The notes: a model not told the origin generated them from the letters alone. Shown: positions 1 through 10,215, counted from the first letter of the stretch. The stretch is 64,000 nucleotides of DNA from Steroidobacteraceae bacterium (GCA_039924385.1 JBDTAV010000007.1:13015-77014); one strand, 5' to 3'. Numbers and translations: made by a program.

Positions 1-22
1 CCGAAAGTACCCATCCAACCCG

Positions 23-2251
23 ATGTTAGCTAAGCTCTGGGGGCCCTTCAGGAGATCAATCTTGCCAACAAAAATATTTTGGCGCGGCGCCGCGCTCGCC
101 TGGCTGCTGGCCCCGGGGCTCGGACTGGCGACGGCAGGCGGCGCGGGAAACGTGGATGCGCAGCGCCTTGAGGCCGCGGACTCCGAGCCGCAGAACTGGT
201 TCACGGGTGGGCGCGACCAGGATGGCACCTATTTTTCGCCCTTGACGGCAATCGACGCCGGCAACGCCAAACAGCTGGGTTTTGCCTGGAGCTACGATCT
301 GGGGGAGCCGCAGCGCGGCCAGGAGGCGACGCCGCTGGTGATCGACGGCGTCATGTACACCTCCGGAACCTGGGGTTATGTCTACGCGATGGATGCGGCC
401 AGCGGTAAAGAACTGTGGCGCTACGACCCCCAGGCCGACTCCTTCATGGCCAGAAATCCCTGCTGCGATCTGGTCAATCGCGGCGTAGCCGTGTGGAAAG
501 GCAAGGTGTTCGTCGCATCGGTGGACGGACGCCTGCATGCGCTCGACGCCGCAACCGGCAAGAAGCTGTGGGACGCCGACACCATCGTTGATCGCAAGCT
601 GCCCTATTCGAGCACGGGCGCCCCGCAAATTGCGGGCAGCGTGGTCGTCATCGGCAATAGCGGCGCCGATATGGGGCACGGCGCCGTGCGCGGCTACATA
701 TCGGCCTACGATGTGGAAACCGGCGCGCTCAAATGGCGTTTCTTTACGGTCCCGCCGGCCGTTGGCCAGCCTTACGAAAATCCGGAACTCGCCGCAGCGG
801 ACAAAACCTGGGATCCGCACCGCAAGCCTGAATTCAAGGGCGGCGCAACCGCCTGGGACGGCTTTGCCTATGATGCCAAGCTGAACTTGCTGTACTTCGG
901 CACGGCCAATGCGGCTCCTTATGATCTTCGCCAGTTAGGACCCAAGCCACTCGACAGTCTTTACGCCACCTGCATCATTGCGCTCGATGCCTCCACGGGC
1001 CGCATGGCGTGGTATTACCAGGAAACGCCGCATGACAGCTGGGACTACGATGCAGTCCAAAAAATGGTGCTGGCAGACATTACGATCGACGGCCAGCCCC
1101 GCTCGGTCATCATGCAGGCCTCGAAGAACGCCTTCTTTTATGTGCTGGATCGCAAGAGCGGGAAATTGCTGTCGGCCAACAACTATGCATTCATGAATTG
1201 GGCAACGCACGTGGATATGAAGACCGGCAGACCCGTGACGACCCCGCAATCCGATTGGTACAACACGGCCAAGCTCACATACCCCTCCTGGTTCGGCGCT
1301 CATACCTGGAATCCGATGTCGTATAGCCCGCATACGCGGCTGGTTTACATTCCCGTGATCGACGTCCCCACGATCTGGGTTGACCTGCTGCACAACGGCA
1401 GCAAAGTGAAATATGTCGAGGGTTTCTTTACGGCGCAAGGCATTATTCCCGACGACACCTATGACGCGAAGGATTCGACCCGCTTGTTCGGTCCTGTGCC
1501 GGACGAACAAGCCGTCAGGGCCGCACGTCATGTCAAACCGGTGCGAGAACTGCTTCGTGCCTGGGACCCGCTGGCAGGAAAGGTGGTGTGGGAACACGAG
1601 ACCTCATCCGGAATTCGCGGCTATGACGGCGGTGTGATGTCGACCGCGGGAAATCTAGTATTCCAGGGCCGCGGCAGCGGGGAGCTGTGGGTCTATGCGG
1701 CCGACACGGGCAAAGTGCTCAAGGTCTTGAAAACCGGCAGCCACATCATGGCTGCGCCGATGACCTACGCGATCAACGGCGAGCAATATGTTGCGGTTCA
1801 AGTGGGCTACGGCGGCACCGCGATCACGGTTGCCTCTATTCCGCCGAGCAGCGCCGCTTTCAAATATCAAAACACCAATCGAATAATCGCCTTCAAATTG
1901 GGCGGCGGCGCGGTGCCGATGCCGCCGGCGCGCATCGAGCCGCCCTTCCCTAAGCCGCCGGAGCAAAAGGCGACTCAAGCCCAGATTGATGCGGGCGAGG
2001 TGACTTTCATCGAGCAGTGCACGCGCTGTCATCAACTGGGGCCCAGCACCACCCCTGATCTTCGCAAGCTCAATGACGGGCTCCACATGAAATTCAAGGA
2101 TATTTTGTTGCGCGGCGTGCTGGCGCCGGCCGGCATGGAACGCTTCAACGATATTTTGAGCGAAAAAGATGCCGACAACGTGCATGCATACTTGATTGAG
2201 CAAAGCTGGATCGCTTACCGCGCGCAGCAAAGCGCCGCCGCGCATCAATGA
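23..2251 (+). CDS. PQQ-dependent quinohemoprotein alcohol dehydrogenase (type II ADH with C-terminal cytochrome c domain)
   Basis: 742-aa ORF. Hydrophobic signal-like N-terminus. PQQ-propeller hallmarks include the vicinal Cys pair (ARNPCCDLVNRG) and repeated W-containing blades. C-terminal CTRCH heme-c motif. Confidence 0.85.
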   Translation: MLAKLWGPFRRSILPTKIFWRGAALAWLLAPGLGLATAGGAGNVDAQRLEAADSEPQNWFTGGRDQDGTYFSPLTAIDAGNAKQLGFAWSYDLGEPQRGQEATPLVIDGVMYTSGTWGYVYAMDAASGKELWRYDPQADSFMARNPCCDLVNRGVAVWKGKVFVASVDGRLHALDAATGKKLWDADTIVDRKLPYSSTGAPQIAGSVVVIGNSGADMGHGAVRGYISAYDVETGALKWRFFTVPPAVGQPYENPELAAADKTWDPHRKPEFKGGATAWDGFAYDAKLNLLYFGTANAAPYDLRQLGPKPLDSLYATCIIALDASTGRMAWYYQETPHDSWDYDAVQKMVLADITIDGQPRSVIMQASKNAFFYVLDRKSGKLLSANNYAFMNWATHVDMKTGRPVTTPQSDWYNTAKLTYPSWFGAHTWNPMSYSPHTRLVYIPVIDVPTIWVDLLHNGSKVKYVEGFFTAQGIIPDDTYDAKDSTRLFGPVPDEQAVRAARHVKPVRELLRAWDPLAGKVVWEHETSSGIRGYDGGVMSTAGNLVFQGRGSGELWVYAADTGKVLKVLKTGSHIMAAPMTYAINGEQYVAVQVGYGGTAITVASIPPSSAAFKYQNTNRIIAFKLGGGAVPMPPARIEPPFPKPPEQKATQAQIDAGEVTFIEQCTRCHQLGPSTTPDLRKLNDGLHMKFKDILLRGVLAPAGMERFNDILSEKDADNVHAYLIEQSWIAYRAQQSAAAHQ

Positions 2252-3876
2252 CCATGCTGCAGCCCGGACTCATGATGGATCGGCCGCTGCTGATCTCCTC
2301 AATCCTCGAGCACGCCGAGGCGCAACACGGCCAGACGCAAATTGTTTCGCGCGAGACCCACGGGCCGGTGTTTCGCTACACCTTTGCTGAATGCGCGGCC
2401 CGCGTTAAAAGGCTCGCCAACGCCCTCTCCGACCTCGGGCTGCCGGCGGGCGCCGTGGTCGGGTCTCTCGCCTGGAACAATCACCGTCACGTTGAGATTT
2501 ATTATGCCGTGTCGGGCAGCGGCCTGGTCATCCACACCTGCAATCCGCGCCTGCATATCGACCAGCTGATTTACATCATCAATCATGCGGAAGACCGGGC
2601 GTTCTTCTTCGATTGCACTTTCGCACCATTGATCGAAAAGATCGCAGCGGCTTGCCCGAACATCGAGGCATGGATCTGCATGACCGATGCGGAAAACATG
2701 CCGGCGCTCGAGGCAATTGCCAACGTGTATTGTTACGAGACGTTGATTGCGGTGCAGGAGGAGGAGTTCGACTGGCCGCAGTTCGATGAACGCTCGAGTG
2801 CCGCGATCTGCTACACCTCCGGCACCACGGGCAACCCCAAGGGCGCATTGTATTCGCATCGCGCAATCGTCCTCGACGCCATGACCATCTGCATGCCCGG
2901 AATGCTCGGGCTGTCTGCCCGGGAATGCATGCTGCCGGTGGTGCCGATGTTTCACATCAATGGTTGGTGTGCTCCGTATGGATGCCTCATCGGCGGCGCG
3001 AAATTGGCGCTGCCCGGCCCGCGTCTAGACGGTCCCGGCCTGTATGAAATGATGGAAAACGAACAAGTGACCGTGAGCGCGGGCGTTCCGACGGTGTGGC
3101 TGGCGCTCCTGCAATACGCCGAGCAGAACAACTTGAAATTTTCGAGTCTGCAGCGGGTTCTATCAGGCGGCTCCGCCGTGCCGCTAGCCATGATCGCAAA
3201 GTTCGACGAGCGCTTCGGCATTGAAGTCAGGCAGGGCTGGGGAATGACCGAAACCACGGCGGCCGCGACTATCAGCTGCTTGACCAAGGAACAGCTGCAG
3301 TGGACGCCGGCGCAGCGCCACGCAGCTGCCGCCAACTGCGGCAAGACCGTCTTCGGCATCGACATTAAAGTCGTCGCCGAAGACGGCATGACCTTGCCCC
3401 GCGACGGCAAATCGCAGGGCGAGCTCATGGTGCGCGGTCAGTGGATCGTCAGCGGCTATTTCAAAAATGACGTATCGCCGCTGCGCGACGGTTGGTTTCC
3501 CACCGGCGATATCGCGACCATCGATCCTAACGGCGTACTGCAGATACGCGACCGCGCCAAGGATCTGATCAAGACGGGCGGCGAGTGGATCAGCTCGATC
3601 GATTTGGAGAATACCGCCATCGCGCACCCCGCCGTGGCGGCGGCAGCCGTCATCGGCGTCAAGCATCCCAAATGGCAGGAACGGCCCTTGCTCTTCATCG
3701 TTCGCAAGCCCGGCCACAGCCTCGAATCTGCTGACATTCTTGGCTTTCTCGCCGCGCGCATGGCGAAGTGGTGGGTGCCCGAGGACGTCATATTCTTGGA
3801 AGCCCTGCCCGTCGGCGGCACCGGCAAGGTGCAGAAGACGCTGCTGCGGGAAAAATATGGGAATATTTTTGACTAG
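2248..3876 (+). CDS. AMP-dependent acyl-CoA synthetase / long-chain fatty-acid--CoA ligase
   Basis: 542-aa ORF with the AMP-binding signature YTSGTTGNPKG and downstream GWGMTE and TGD..DRAKDLIKTGGEWISS motifs. Its start overlaps the ADH stop (ATGA). Confidence 0.85.
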   Translation: MTMLQPGLMMDRPLLISSILEHAEAQHGQTQIVSRETHGPVFRYTFAECAARVKRLANALSDLGLPAGAVVGSLAWNNHRHVEIYYAVSGSGLVIHTCNPRLHIDQLIYIINHAEDRAFFFDCTFAPLIEKIAAACPNIEAWICMTDAENMPALEAIANVYCYETLIAVQEEEFDWPQFDERSSAAICYTSGTTGNPKGALYSHRAIVLDAMTICMPGMLGLSARECMLPVVPMFHINGWCAPYGCLIGGAKLALPGPRLDGPGLYEMMENEQVTVSAGVPTVWLALLQYAEQNNLKFSSLQRVLSGGSAVPLAMIAKFDERFGIEVRQGWGMTETTAAATISCLTKEQLQWTPAQRHAAAANCGKTVFGIDIKVVAEDGMTLPRDGKSQGELMVRGQWIVSGYFKNDVSPLRDGWFPTGDIATIDPNGVLQIRDRAKDLIKTGGEWISSIDLENTAIAHPAVAAAAVIGVKHPKWQERPLLFIVRKPGHSLESADILGFLAARMAKWWVPEDVIFLEALPVGGTGKVQKTLLREKYGNIFD

Positions 3877-4018
3877 TGGGGGGGAGCGTTCATGAAAAGT
3901 CGTCTTCTCGCTGCCGCGTTCAGCGCCGGCGGGATGGGGGGTCTCGATGCTGGTCGGCTTCCTCGTGCTGCTTCGGAGCGGTGCGTTGCGCCGCCGTTAG
4001 CCAGCGCAACCGTTGCCC

Positions 4019-5548
4019 TCAACCCAGCGCGTACAAATATTCCACAAAGGATGCGACGGCCCCGTCCAAACCCTGAATTTTTGGATTGGTCGATTCGATC
4101 AAATAGTATTCATCAGGGGCATGCGCGCCCGTGCCGTGGCCCAAGCCAAAGTGACCCGCCGCCAAGCTCAACGGGGCATCGGTAAATACATATCCCGGCC
4201 AGGACCCCGCGGAGCGCGGCCATAACTGCGGATCGAGTCCGAGCTTGCGATAGGTCGCGAGTTGAGTCTTGATCAGTTTGCTGTCGGGATCAGTTTGCGT
4301 CGGGTTGTAGCCGCCGCTCATGTTCACTTCGATGTCGCCGAAACCATGTTTGGCCAAGTGCGCCTTCAACTTCGCCAGGGTATCGGCCGCCGTCATATCC
4401 GGCACGAGACGCATGTCGATTTTCGCCACGGCCTTGTGCGGCAGCACAGTCTTGCCGCCGGGACCCGTATAGCCGGCCACCAATCCTTCGATATTAATGG
4501 TGGCGCGGGATTCCAGCAGCATCAGCGAATCCACCCAATTTTTATCGTGTACCCAGTGCTGCACAGCGAATGCCTTTTTCACCGTGGCCTCCGAGGTCTT
4601 GACGGCATGCTCTTTGATCATCTGCTCTTGCGCCGCGCTCAAGGGCTTCGCCTTTTCGAAGAATCCTTCGACGGCGGGAGTATGTCCGTCTTTCTCCACC
4701 AGCGTGTTCAGCGCCTGGACGAGATGCCAGGTCGGTGAATCCACCTGCGCCTCGAGGCTCGAGTGCACATCATGAGCAGGACCGCGTCCCCATTTCTCAC
4801 CGCTCGAAATCAATTCCAGCTCGACCACGCCTTTCGCACCCAGCGAAACTTGAACTCCGCCATCGCGATCCTGACCGGCTTCGGGCATGAATACGCCCAC
4901 GCACTTCTTCAGTTCAGCCATGACTTCGGGATTTCTCACGACTTCCTGGAAATGCGGCGACGCAATTTCTTCCTCTCCCTCGCAGACCAGGACCAGATTG
5001 ACCGGCAGTTGCCGGCCCGCTGCTTTGAAGGCCATCAAGGCACTGAGGAAGGAATTTTCCGGCCCCTTTTGATTGACGGCGCCGCGCCCCATGCAAACCG
5101 TGCCCAATCCTTCTCTCTGCACCAGCCGGGCCTCGAGCGGCGGGGAGCTCCACTCCTCCGGCACGAATTGCTTCACGTCATACATGAAGTAAATCGCCAT
5201 GGTGGTGCGTGCACCGGCATCGATCTTGCCGAACACGCCGGGTTTGCCTGCAGTGTGTATGAGTTTCACACCGGTGAAACCCGCATCTTGTGCGAGCTTC
5301 GCCATGTGCTCGGGACCTTGCGGATAGTTCCTGTTCTCCGCGGCGATCGAGGGCAGCGCAATCCAGTCCTGCAGCCGCTTGATGTTCGCGGCGTGCATTT
5401 TAGGAATCTGTGCCAGCACGGCCGGCTTGTCGGCATCATTTGACGCTGCGGCAAACACCCCCATCGGCACTGCCGCAAGGGCGGCGCCGGAAACAGCACC
5501 TTGCACAAAATCACGCCTGCTGAACTCAGGCTTCTGGTCGTTGGCCAT
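4019..5548 (-). CDS. M20/M25/M40 family metallopeptidase, Tat-exported
   Basis: 509-aa ORF with a twin-arginine leader (SRRDFVQGAVSGAALAA) and M20-type motifs (GRGAVNQKGP, CEGEEEIASPH). Confidence 0.8.
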   Translation of the reverse strand: MANDQKPEFSRRDFVQGAVSGAALAAVPMGVFAAASNDADKPAVLAQIPKMHAANIKRLQDWIALPSIAAENRNYPQGPEHMAKLAQDAGFTGVKLIHTAGKPGVFGKIDAGARTTMAIYFMYDVKQFVPEEWSSPPLEARLVQREGLGTVCMGRGAVNQKGPENSFLSALMAFKAAGRQLPVNLVLVCEGEEEIASPHFQEVVRNPEVMAELKKCVGVFMPEAGQDRDGGVQVSLGAKGVVELELISSGEKWGRGPAHDVHSSLEAQVDSPTWHLVQALNTLVEKDGHTPAVEGFFEKAKPLSAAQEQMIKEHAVKTSEATVKKAFAVQHWVHDKNWVDSLMLLESRATINIEGLVAGYTGPGGKTVLPHKAVAKIDMRLVPDMTAADTLAKLKAHLAKHGFGDIEVNMSGGYNPTQTDPDSKLIKTQLATYRKLGLDPQLWPRSAGSWPGYVFTDAPLSLAAGHFGLGHGTGAHAPDEYYLIESTNPKIQGLDGAVASFVEYLYALG

Positions 5549-5604
5549 TCGCTTCTCTCCTAGATGAGCGATTCATGTGGGGGCAGAAGAATACCAGCAC
5601 GGCC

Positions 5605-6126
5605 TTAAATAGCGTGCAATTGATTTCGGTAATACGCACCGCGCTCGGCGTAATTTGCTGCGACCTTGAGCAGATTTTCCTGCTCTTCCGCGCTGAGCTG
5701 GCGCACCACCTTGGCGGGCGCGCCCAAAATTAAACTGCCATCGGCAAAGACCTTGCGCTCCGTGATGAGCGCTCCCGCACCGACCAGACAGCCCTTGCCG
5801 ATGACGGTGCCGTTCAACACGATGGCCTGAATGCCAATCAACGTGCCCTCGCCGATTGTGCAGCCGTGCATCATGGCCTGGTGTCCAATCGACACGTCGG
5901 CGCCCACGGTGAGCGGAAATCCGGGGTCCGTGTGCAAGACCGCGGAGTCCTGCACGTTGCTGCCGGCGCCGATGCTGATGGTCTCGTTATCGCCTCGCAG
6001 GGTGGCGCCAAACCATACCGTGGCATGCGCCGCGAGGATGACTTTGCCGATCACTGCGGCATTCGGCGCCACGTAGGCGCTCTCGGCCACCACTGGCGCG
6101 TGTTCTCCCAGTCTATAGACGCTCAT
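5605..6126 (-). CDS. gamma-class carbonic anhydrase family / hexapeptide-repeat protein (YrdA/PaaY-like)
   Basis: 173 aa. Left-handed beta-helix hexapeptide repeats and the typical N-terminus (YVAPNAAVIGKV..., LRGD...I.IG..SNVQD..VLH). Confidence 0.85.
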   Translation of the reverse strand: MSVYRLGEHAPVVAESAYVAPNAAVIGKVILAAHATVWFGATLRGDNETISIGAGSNVQDSAVLHTDPGFPLTVGADVSIGHQAMMHGCTIGEGTLIGIQAIVLNGTVIGKGCLVGAGALITERKVFADGSLILGAPAKVVRQLSAEEQENLLKVAANYAERGAYYRNQLHAI

Positions 6127-6168
6127 TCACTGCCTCCGATCAGCACTGGCAAGTTATGATCTTAAGCC

Positions 6169-7572
6169 ATGGATGACAATGAATCCCTGAATCAGCCGCC
6201 GGACCCAGCCCCAGCCCCAGCTCCAGCTCCAGCTGCCGCGGCGGCGGCGAAACCGCCGCAATCCCTGATAGGGCTGCTGCAGTTGTGGACATTGAGAAGG
6301 GGAACACCCAAATTCGGCGCTGCGAGTATCGTCCTGATAGCATTAAGTTTTCTCTGGCTGTTGCTGTGGGTGGCGATCGATTGGTGGGAAGCGCTGCCGG
6401 ACCCGCAATTTCTCATCGCCGGTGTGCCGTTATTTCCCTGGTATGTGCTGGCGGTCCTGGCTTTGGCGGCACTGCTTCGCGGCCTATCCAACCCTAAGCC
6501 TGCTTTTGCGCAGGCGTTGTTGTTGTCATTGGGACTGGTGCCGCTGCCCCTGCTGCTCGCTGCGCTCGCAGTACCTTTTTTCGGTCTTGATTGGCGGATC
6601 GCGGCCTTTGTCGTATTGATTCACTCATCGATCTACGTCGCCCGCGGCTTGCGCGCCTTGACGGGCGAATGGCAACGTCGCGCCCTGTTCGCCGGCATCG
6701 TCTTTCTCATGGCCTTCCTATGGCTCACCGACGCGATGGACGTGATTCCTGACGTTTGGGCCGCTCCGGAAGTTGCCGAAGCGGCGGATGGCGGCGATTC
6801 GCCGGCCGACGCGGAAACACTGCTCTTCGAGCAATCCAAGCGCATCGATCAAGCGCTTGCTGTCATCCATTCCGATGCGTCGCCCAGCCCCAAAGCGTTC
6901 TTTCTCGGATTCGCAGGAGTGGGCGAACAAAAAGTATTTGCGCAGGAAATCGGCCTGGCATCGCGGGTGCTGTCGGAACGCTATGGCATGGAGAATCGCG
7001 CACTCTCTCTGATCAACGATCAGCGCGACCTGCAGCACGCACCCCTCGCCAGCGTCTCAGGATTGAAGTACGCACTTCGCGGTCTCGCCGGCCGCATGAA
7101 CCTGGATCGCGACATATTGTTTCTGGTCATTTCCTCGCACGGCGCAAGTGAGCCGGCCATTGCGGTGTCAAACTCGGACCTGCCGCTCAATGACATGACG
7201 GATGAGGACCTCGCCGACGCCCTGAGCGATTCAGGCATAAAATGGCGCGTGATTGTCATTTCTGCTTGCTATGCGGGAGGGTTCATCGATGCGCTCAAGG
7301 ATCCGCGTACCATCGTGATCACCGCCGCCGCGGCCGACCGCACCTCGTTTGGTTGTTCGAATGACCGCGACCTAACTTACTTTGGCGAAGCGTTTTTCCG
7401 CGACGCGTTGCCGGAGGCGCGCACGCTGCGCGATGCGTTCGACCAGGCAAAATCGGCCATAGCCCTGCGCGAGCGCCGTGAGCGCGTCGATGCGTCCAGA
7501 CCGCAGGCCTATTTCGGCGCTGAAATGGAAACCAAGCTCGGTGCGCTAAAGGACCATGCGCCGCAACGCTGA
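6169..7572 (+). CDS. C13 (legumain-like) family cysteine peptidase with N-terminal polytopic membrane domain
   Basis: 467 aa. About 190 aa of hydrophobic helices are followed by a caspase/legumain-like His-Cys dyad context (LFLVISSHGA ... WRVIVISACYAGGFID). This matches my memory of proteobacterial peptidase C13 proteins. Confidence 0.7.
   Translation: MDDNESLNQPPDPAPAPAPAPAAAAAAKPPQSLIGLLQLWTLRRGTPKFGAASIVLIALSFLWLLLWVAIDWWEALPDPQFLIAGVPLFPWYVLAVLALAALLRGLSNPKPAFAQALLLSLGLVPLPLLLAALAVPFFGLDWRIAAFVVLIHSSIYVARGLRALTGEWQRRALFAGIVFLMAFLWLTDAMDVIPDVWAAPEVAEAADGGDSPADAETLLFEQSKRIDQALAVIHSDASPSPKAFFLGFAGVGEQKVFAQEIGLASRVLSERYGMENRALSLINDQRDLQHAPLASVSGLKYALRGLAGRMNLDRDILFLVISSHGASEPAIAVSNSDLPLNDMTDEDLADALSDSGIKWRVIVISACYAGGFIDALKDPRTIVITAAAADRTSFGCSNDRDLTYFGEAFFRDALPEARTLRDAFDQAKSAIALRERRERVDASRPQAYFGAEMETKLGALKDHAPQR
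6205..6234 (+). repeat. hexanucleotide tandem repeat (CCAGCY)x5 encoding (PA)5
   Basis: ccagcc ccagcc ccagct ccagct ccagct, read directly. It lies in codons 13-22 of the C13 peptidase gene. Confidence 0.8.
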
Positions 7573-7584
7573 TACATTATCGGC

Positions 7585-8562
7585 ATGAACGAGCCAACGC
7601 ACCGTAGCGTCGAAGCCAACGGCATCCGCATTCATATCGCCGAGCAGGGAGGCGGCCCGCTGGTGCTGCTCTGTCATGGATTCCCGGAGTCTTGGTATTC
7701 GTGGCGCCATCAATTATCCGCGCTGTCGGCGGCGGGATTTCACGCCGTTGCGCCCGACATGCGCGGCTACGGCATGACGGACCGCCCTGCCGAGATCGAG
7801 CGCTACACTCTGCTTCACCTGGTCGGAGATATGGTGGGCGTGCTCGATGCGCTCGGTGAAAAAACCGCCGTGGTGGTCGGACATGATTGGGGCGCGCCGG
7901 TCGCATGGCATGCGGCGCTGCTGCGCCCGGATCGATTCCGCGCGGTCGTTGGACTCAGCGTTCCGTATCGGCCTCGGGGCAGCATCGCGCCGACCACCGT
8001 GATGCCGCAGAACGCCGAGGCCAGCTTTTATCAATTGTACTTTCAAGCGCCGGGCGTGGCGGAAGAGGAACTCGAGATGGATCCAGGGATTTCGCTGCGC
8101 AAGATTTTGTATTCTGGATCGGGCGATGTGCCCCGACGCAATCCTGTGGGCACGGGCGCGGGGGTCGGCATGGTGCCGCGCGCAGGCGGATTTCTCACGC
8201 GGATGCCGAGCCCGGAGACGTTGCCTGCCTGGCTTACCGATGCGGACTTGGATTTCTATGTGCAGCAGTTCAAACACTCGGGATTTCGCGGTGGACTCAA
8301 CTGGTACCGCAACATCGATCGCAATTGGGAATTGATGGCCCCGTATGCCGGGGCATCGGTGACGGTGCCCGCGCTGTACATGGCGGGCGATCTGGATCTG
8401 GTGGTTTCCTTTCCTCGCATGAAAGAAGTTATCGCCGATTTGGCGCGCTACATCCCGCAGTTGCGCGGCACCATCATGCTGCCGGGCTGCGGCCATTGGA
8501 CGCAGCAGGAGCGCGCCGGCGAGGTCAACAAGGCGCTGATCGAGTTCTTGCGCAGCTTGTAA
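7585..8562 (+). CDS. alpha/beta hydrolase, epoxide-hydrolase-like
   Basis: 325 aa. HGFPESWYSWRHQ oxyanion/lid motif and the GHDWGA nucleophile elbow typical of epoxide hydrolase-type alpha/beta hydrolases. Confidence 0.8.
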   Translation: MNEPTHRSVEANGIRIHIAEQGGGPLVLLCHGFPESWYSWRHQLSALSAAGFHAVAPDMRGYGMTDRPAEIERYTLLHLVGDMVGVLDALGEKTAVVVGHDWGAPVAWHAALLRPDRFRAVVGLSVPYRPRGSIAPTTVMPQNAEASFYQLYFQAPGVAEEELEMDPGISLRKILYSGSGDVPRRNPVGTGAGVGMVPRAGGFLTRMPSPETLPAWLTDADLDFYVQQFKHSGFRGGLNWYRNIDRNWELMAPYAGASVTVPALYMAGDLDLVVSFPRMKEVIADLARYIPQLRGTIMLPGCGHWTQQERAGEVNKALIEFLRSL

Positions 8563-8624
8563 TTGCGACGCATGGCTTGCGTTAACATGCGTAACATACG
8601 GCGAGTTTTCACGAGGGGCGCTCA

Positions 8625-10028
8625 ATGTCTCAGCCGACTATTCCTGATCAGTCCGACCCTACGCGTCAGCTCAGCCGGTCGCTCAAGGGCCGTCATCTTG
8701 CGATGATCTCGATTGGCGGCATCATCGGTGCCGGACTGTTTGTCGGCAGCAGCACTTCGATCAAAGCGGCCGGCCCCGCGGTTTTCATCAGCTACGCCGT
8801 CACGGGCATGCTGATTCTGATGGTGATGCGCATGTTGGGCGAAATGGCGACCGCCTTGCCTAACGTGCGATCGTTCACGGAGTTTGCGCGCTCCGGACTG
8901 GGCGATGGTGCCGGCTTTGTCGTCGGCTGGCTGTATTGGTATTTCTGGGTTCTCGTCGTGCCGGTGGAGGCCATTGCAGGCGCGAAGATTCTGCAGGCCT
9001 GGATGCCTTCTTATTCTCAGCTGCAGATCGGTCTCGGTTTGATGACCATCATGACGGGCGTCAACCTCATGTCGGCGCGTTCGTATGCCGAGTTTGAATT
9101 CTGGTTCGCCTCCATCAAAGTTGCGGCGATTCTGCTATTCGTCGTGATCGCGGCTTCTTTCGCGTTCGGCTGGACGTCGCCGTCGGGCCCGACCTTTGCG
9201 AATCTCGTCAACTACGGCGGCTTCACGCCGAGTGGCTGGATTGCCGTGATCGGCGCGGCGCCTACGGTGTTTTTTGCAATGACCGGCGCCGAGATCACGA
9301 CTGTCGCGGCGGCGGAATCGGCGCAACCGGGCCGGGCCATCGCCAAAATGACCGCGACCGTGATATGGCGCATTTTGATATTCTACGTCGTGTCCGTTTT
9401 CTTGATCGTGTCGGTGGTTCCCTGGAATACAGTTCGTTCAGGCGAGTCGCCCTTCACCTTGGCGCTCAATACGATGCACGTGCCCGGTGCAAGCATCATT
9501 ATGAGCGTCATCATCCTCACAGCGGTGCTGTCATGCCTGAACTCGGCCTTCTATGTCAGTTCGCGCGTACTGTTTATCCTGGCTGAACGGCGCGATGCGC
9601 CGCAGTCCTTGGTCAAATTGAATGAACGTCGCGTGCCCGTGGTCTCGGTGTTGATCGGCGCGGCGGCGGGATTTCTCGGCATCGTCGCGGCAACCAAGGG
9701 CGCGCAAAGAGTCTTCGACTTTTTATTGAGTTCCTCGGGCGCGCTGATTGTATTCGTTTATATGATCACGGCCGCCGCGCAGATTGCATTACGCCGGCGA
9801 CGCGAACGCAACGGCGAGGCTCCGCCCGCGGTCAGCATGTGGTTATTCCCTTATTTGAGCTACGCCACAATCGCCTGCATGGGTGCGGTGTTGCTCGCGA
9901 TGGCCTTCACCCCGGGCCAGCGCCAGGACTTCAACGCCAGCTGCATTACCCTGGTCGTGGCCGTCGCCGCTTATTGGATCGTGCGCCGTGTGCGGCAACC
10001 TCGCACCGCCGCCTCGCCCGTGAGCTGA
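8625..10028 (+). CDS. APC-superfamily amino acid permease
   Basis: 467 aa, about 12 hydrophobic segments, and the N-terminal signature LKGRHLAMISIGGIIGAGLFVGSS typical of AAT-family permeases. Confidence 0.85.
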   Translation: MSQPTIPDQSDPTRQLSRSLKGRHLAMISIGGIIGAGLFVGSSTSIKAAGPAVFISYAVTGMLILMVMRMLGEMATALPNVRSFTEFARSGLGDGAGFVVGWLYWYFWVLVVPVEAIAGAKILQAWMPSYSQLQIGLGLMTIMTGVNLMSARSYAEFEFWFASIKVAAILLFVVIAASFAFGWTSPSGPTFANLVNYGGFTPSGWIAVIGAAPTVFFAMTGAEITTVAAAESAQPGRAIAKMTATVIWRILIFYVVSVFLIVSVVPWNTVRSGESPFTLALNTMHVPGASIIMSVIILTAVLSCLNSAFYVSSRVLFILAERRDAPQSLVKLNERRVPVVSVLIGAAAGFLGIVAATKGAQRVFDFLLSSSGALIVFVYMITAAAQIALRRRRERNGEAPPAVSMWLFPYLSYATIACMGAVLLAMAFTPGQRQDFNASCITLVVAVAAYWIVRRVRQPRTAASPVS

Positions 10029-10196
10029 TTTCTGCGCGGCTTTGAACTTCGGCGCCTAAGCCTCTGATCGGGGATTCTTGCGCTCTTTAAGTACGACATT
10101 CTTTGCGGTGCGGCGGAGATTATTCCAAAAATATCAATGTCCTGTGCCGCGGTAACACGAATTCAGTATTATGACAAACGACTAAAATTTAATTAT

Positions 10197-10215
10197 CAGG
10201 TACAACATGTACCTG
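10197..10215. promoter_or_regulatory. inverted repeat CAGGTACA-ACA-TGTACCTG in an AT-rich intergenic island
   Basis: 8-bp perfect arms with a 3-nt spacer, read directly. The surrounding approx 10040-10300 is visibly AT-rich relative to the window. Confidence 0.3.

Noticed and set aside
3892-4185. 97-aa ORF with a strong SD (GGGGGGAG + 5 nt) and a signal-peptide-like start (MKSRLLAAAFSAGG), in the spacer after the acyl-CoA ligase gene.
   Set aside because: Two-thirds of it runs antisense through the well-conserved C-terminus of the M20 peptidase gene. No motif is recognisable. It is probably a fortuitous SD-ATG, and could only be rescued by ribosome-profiling evidence.
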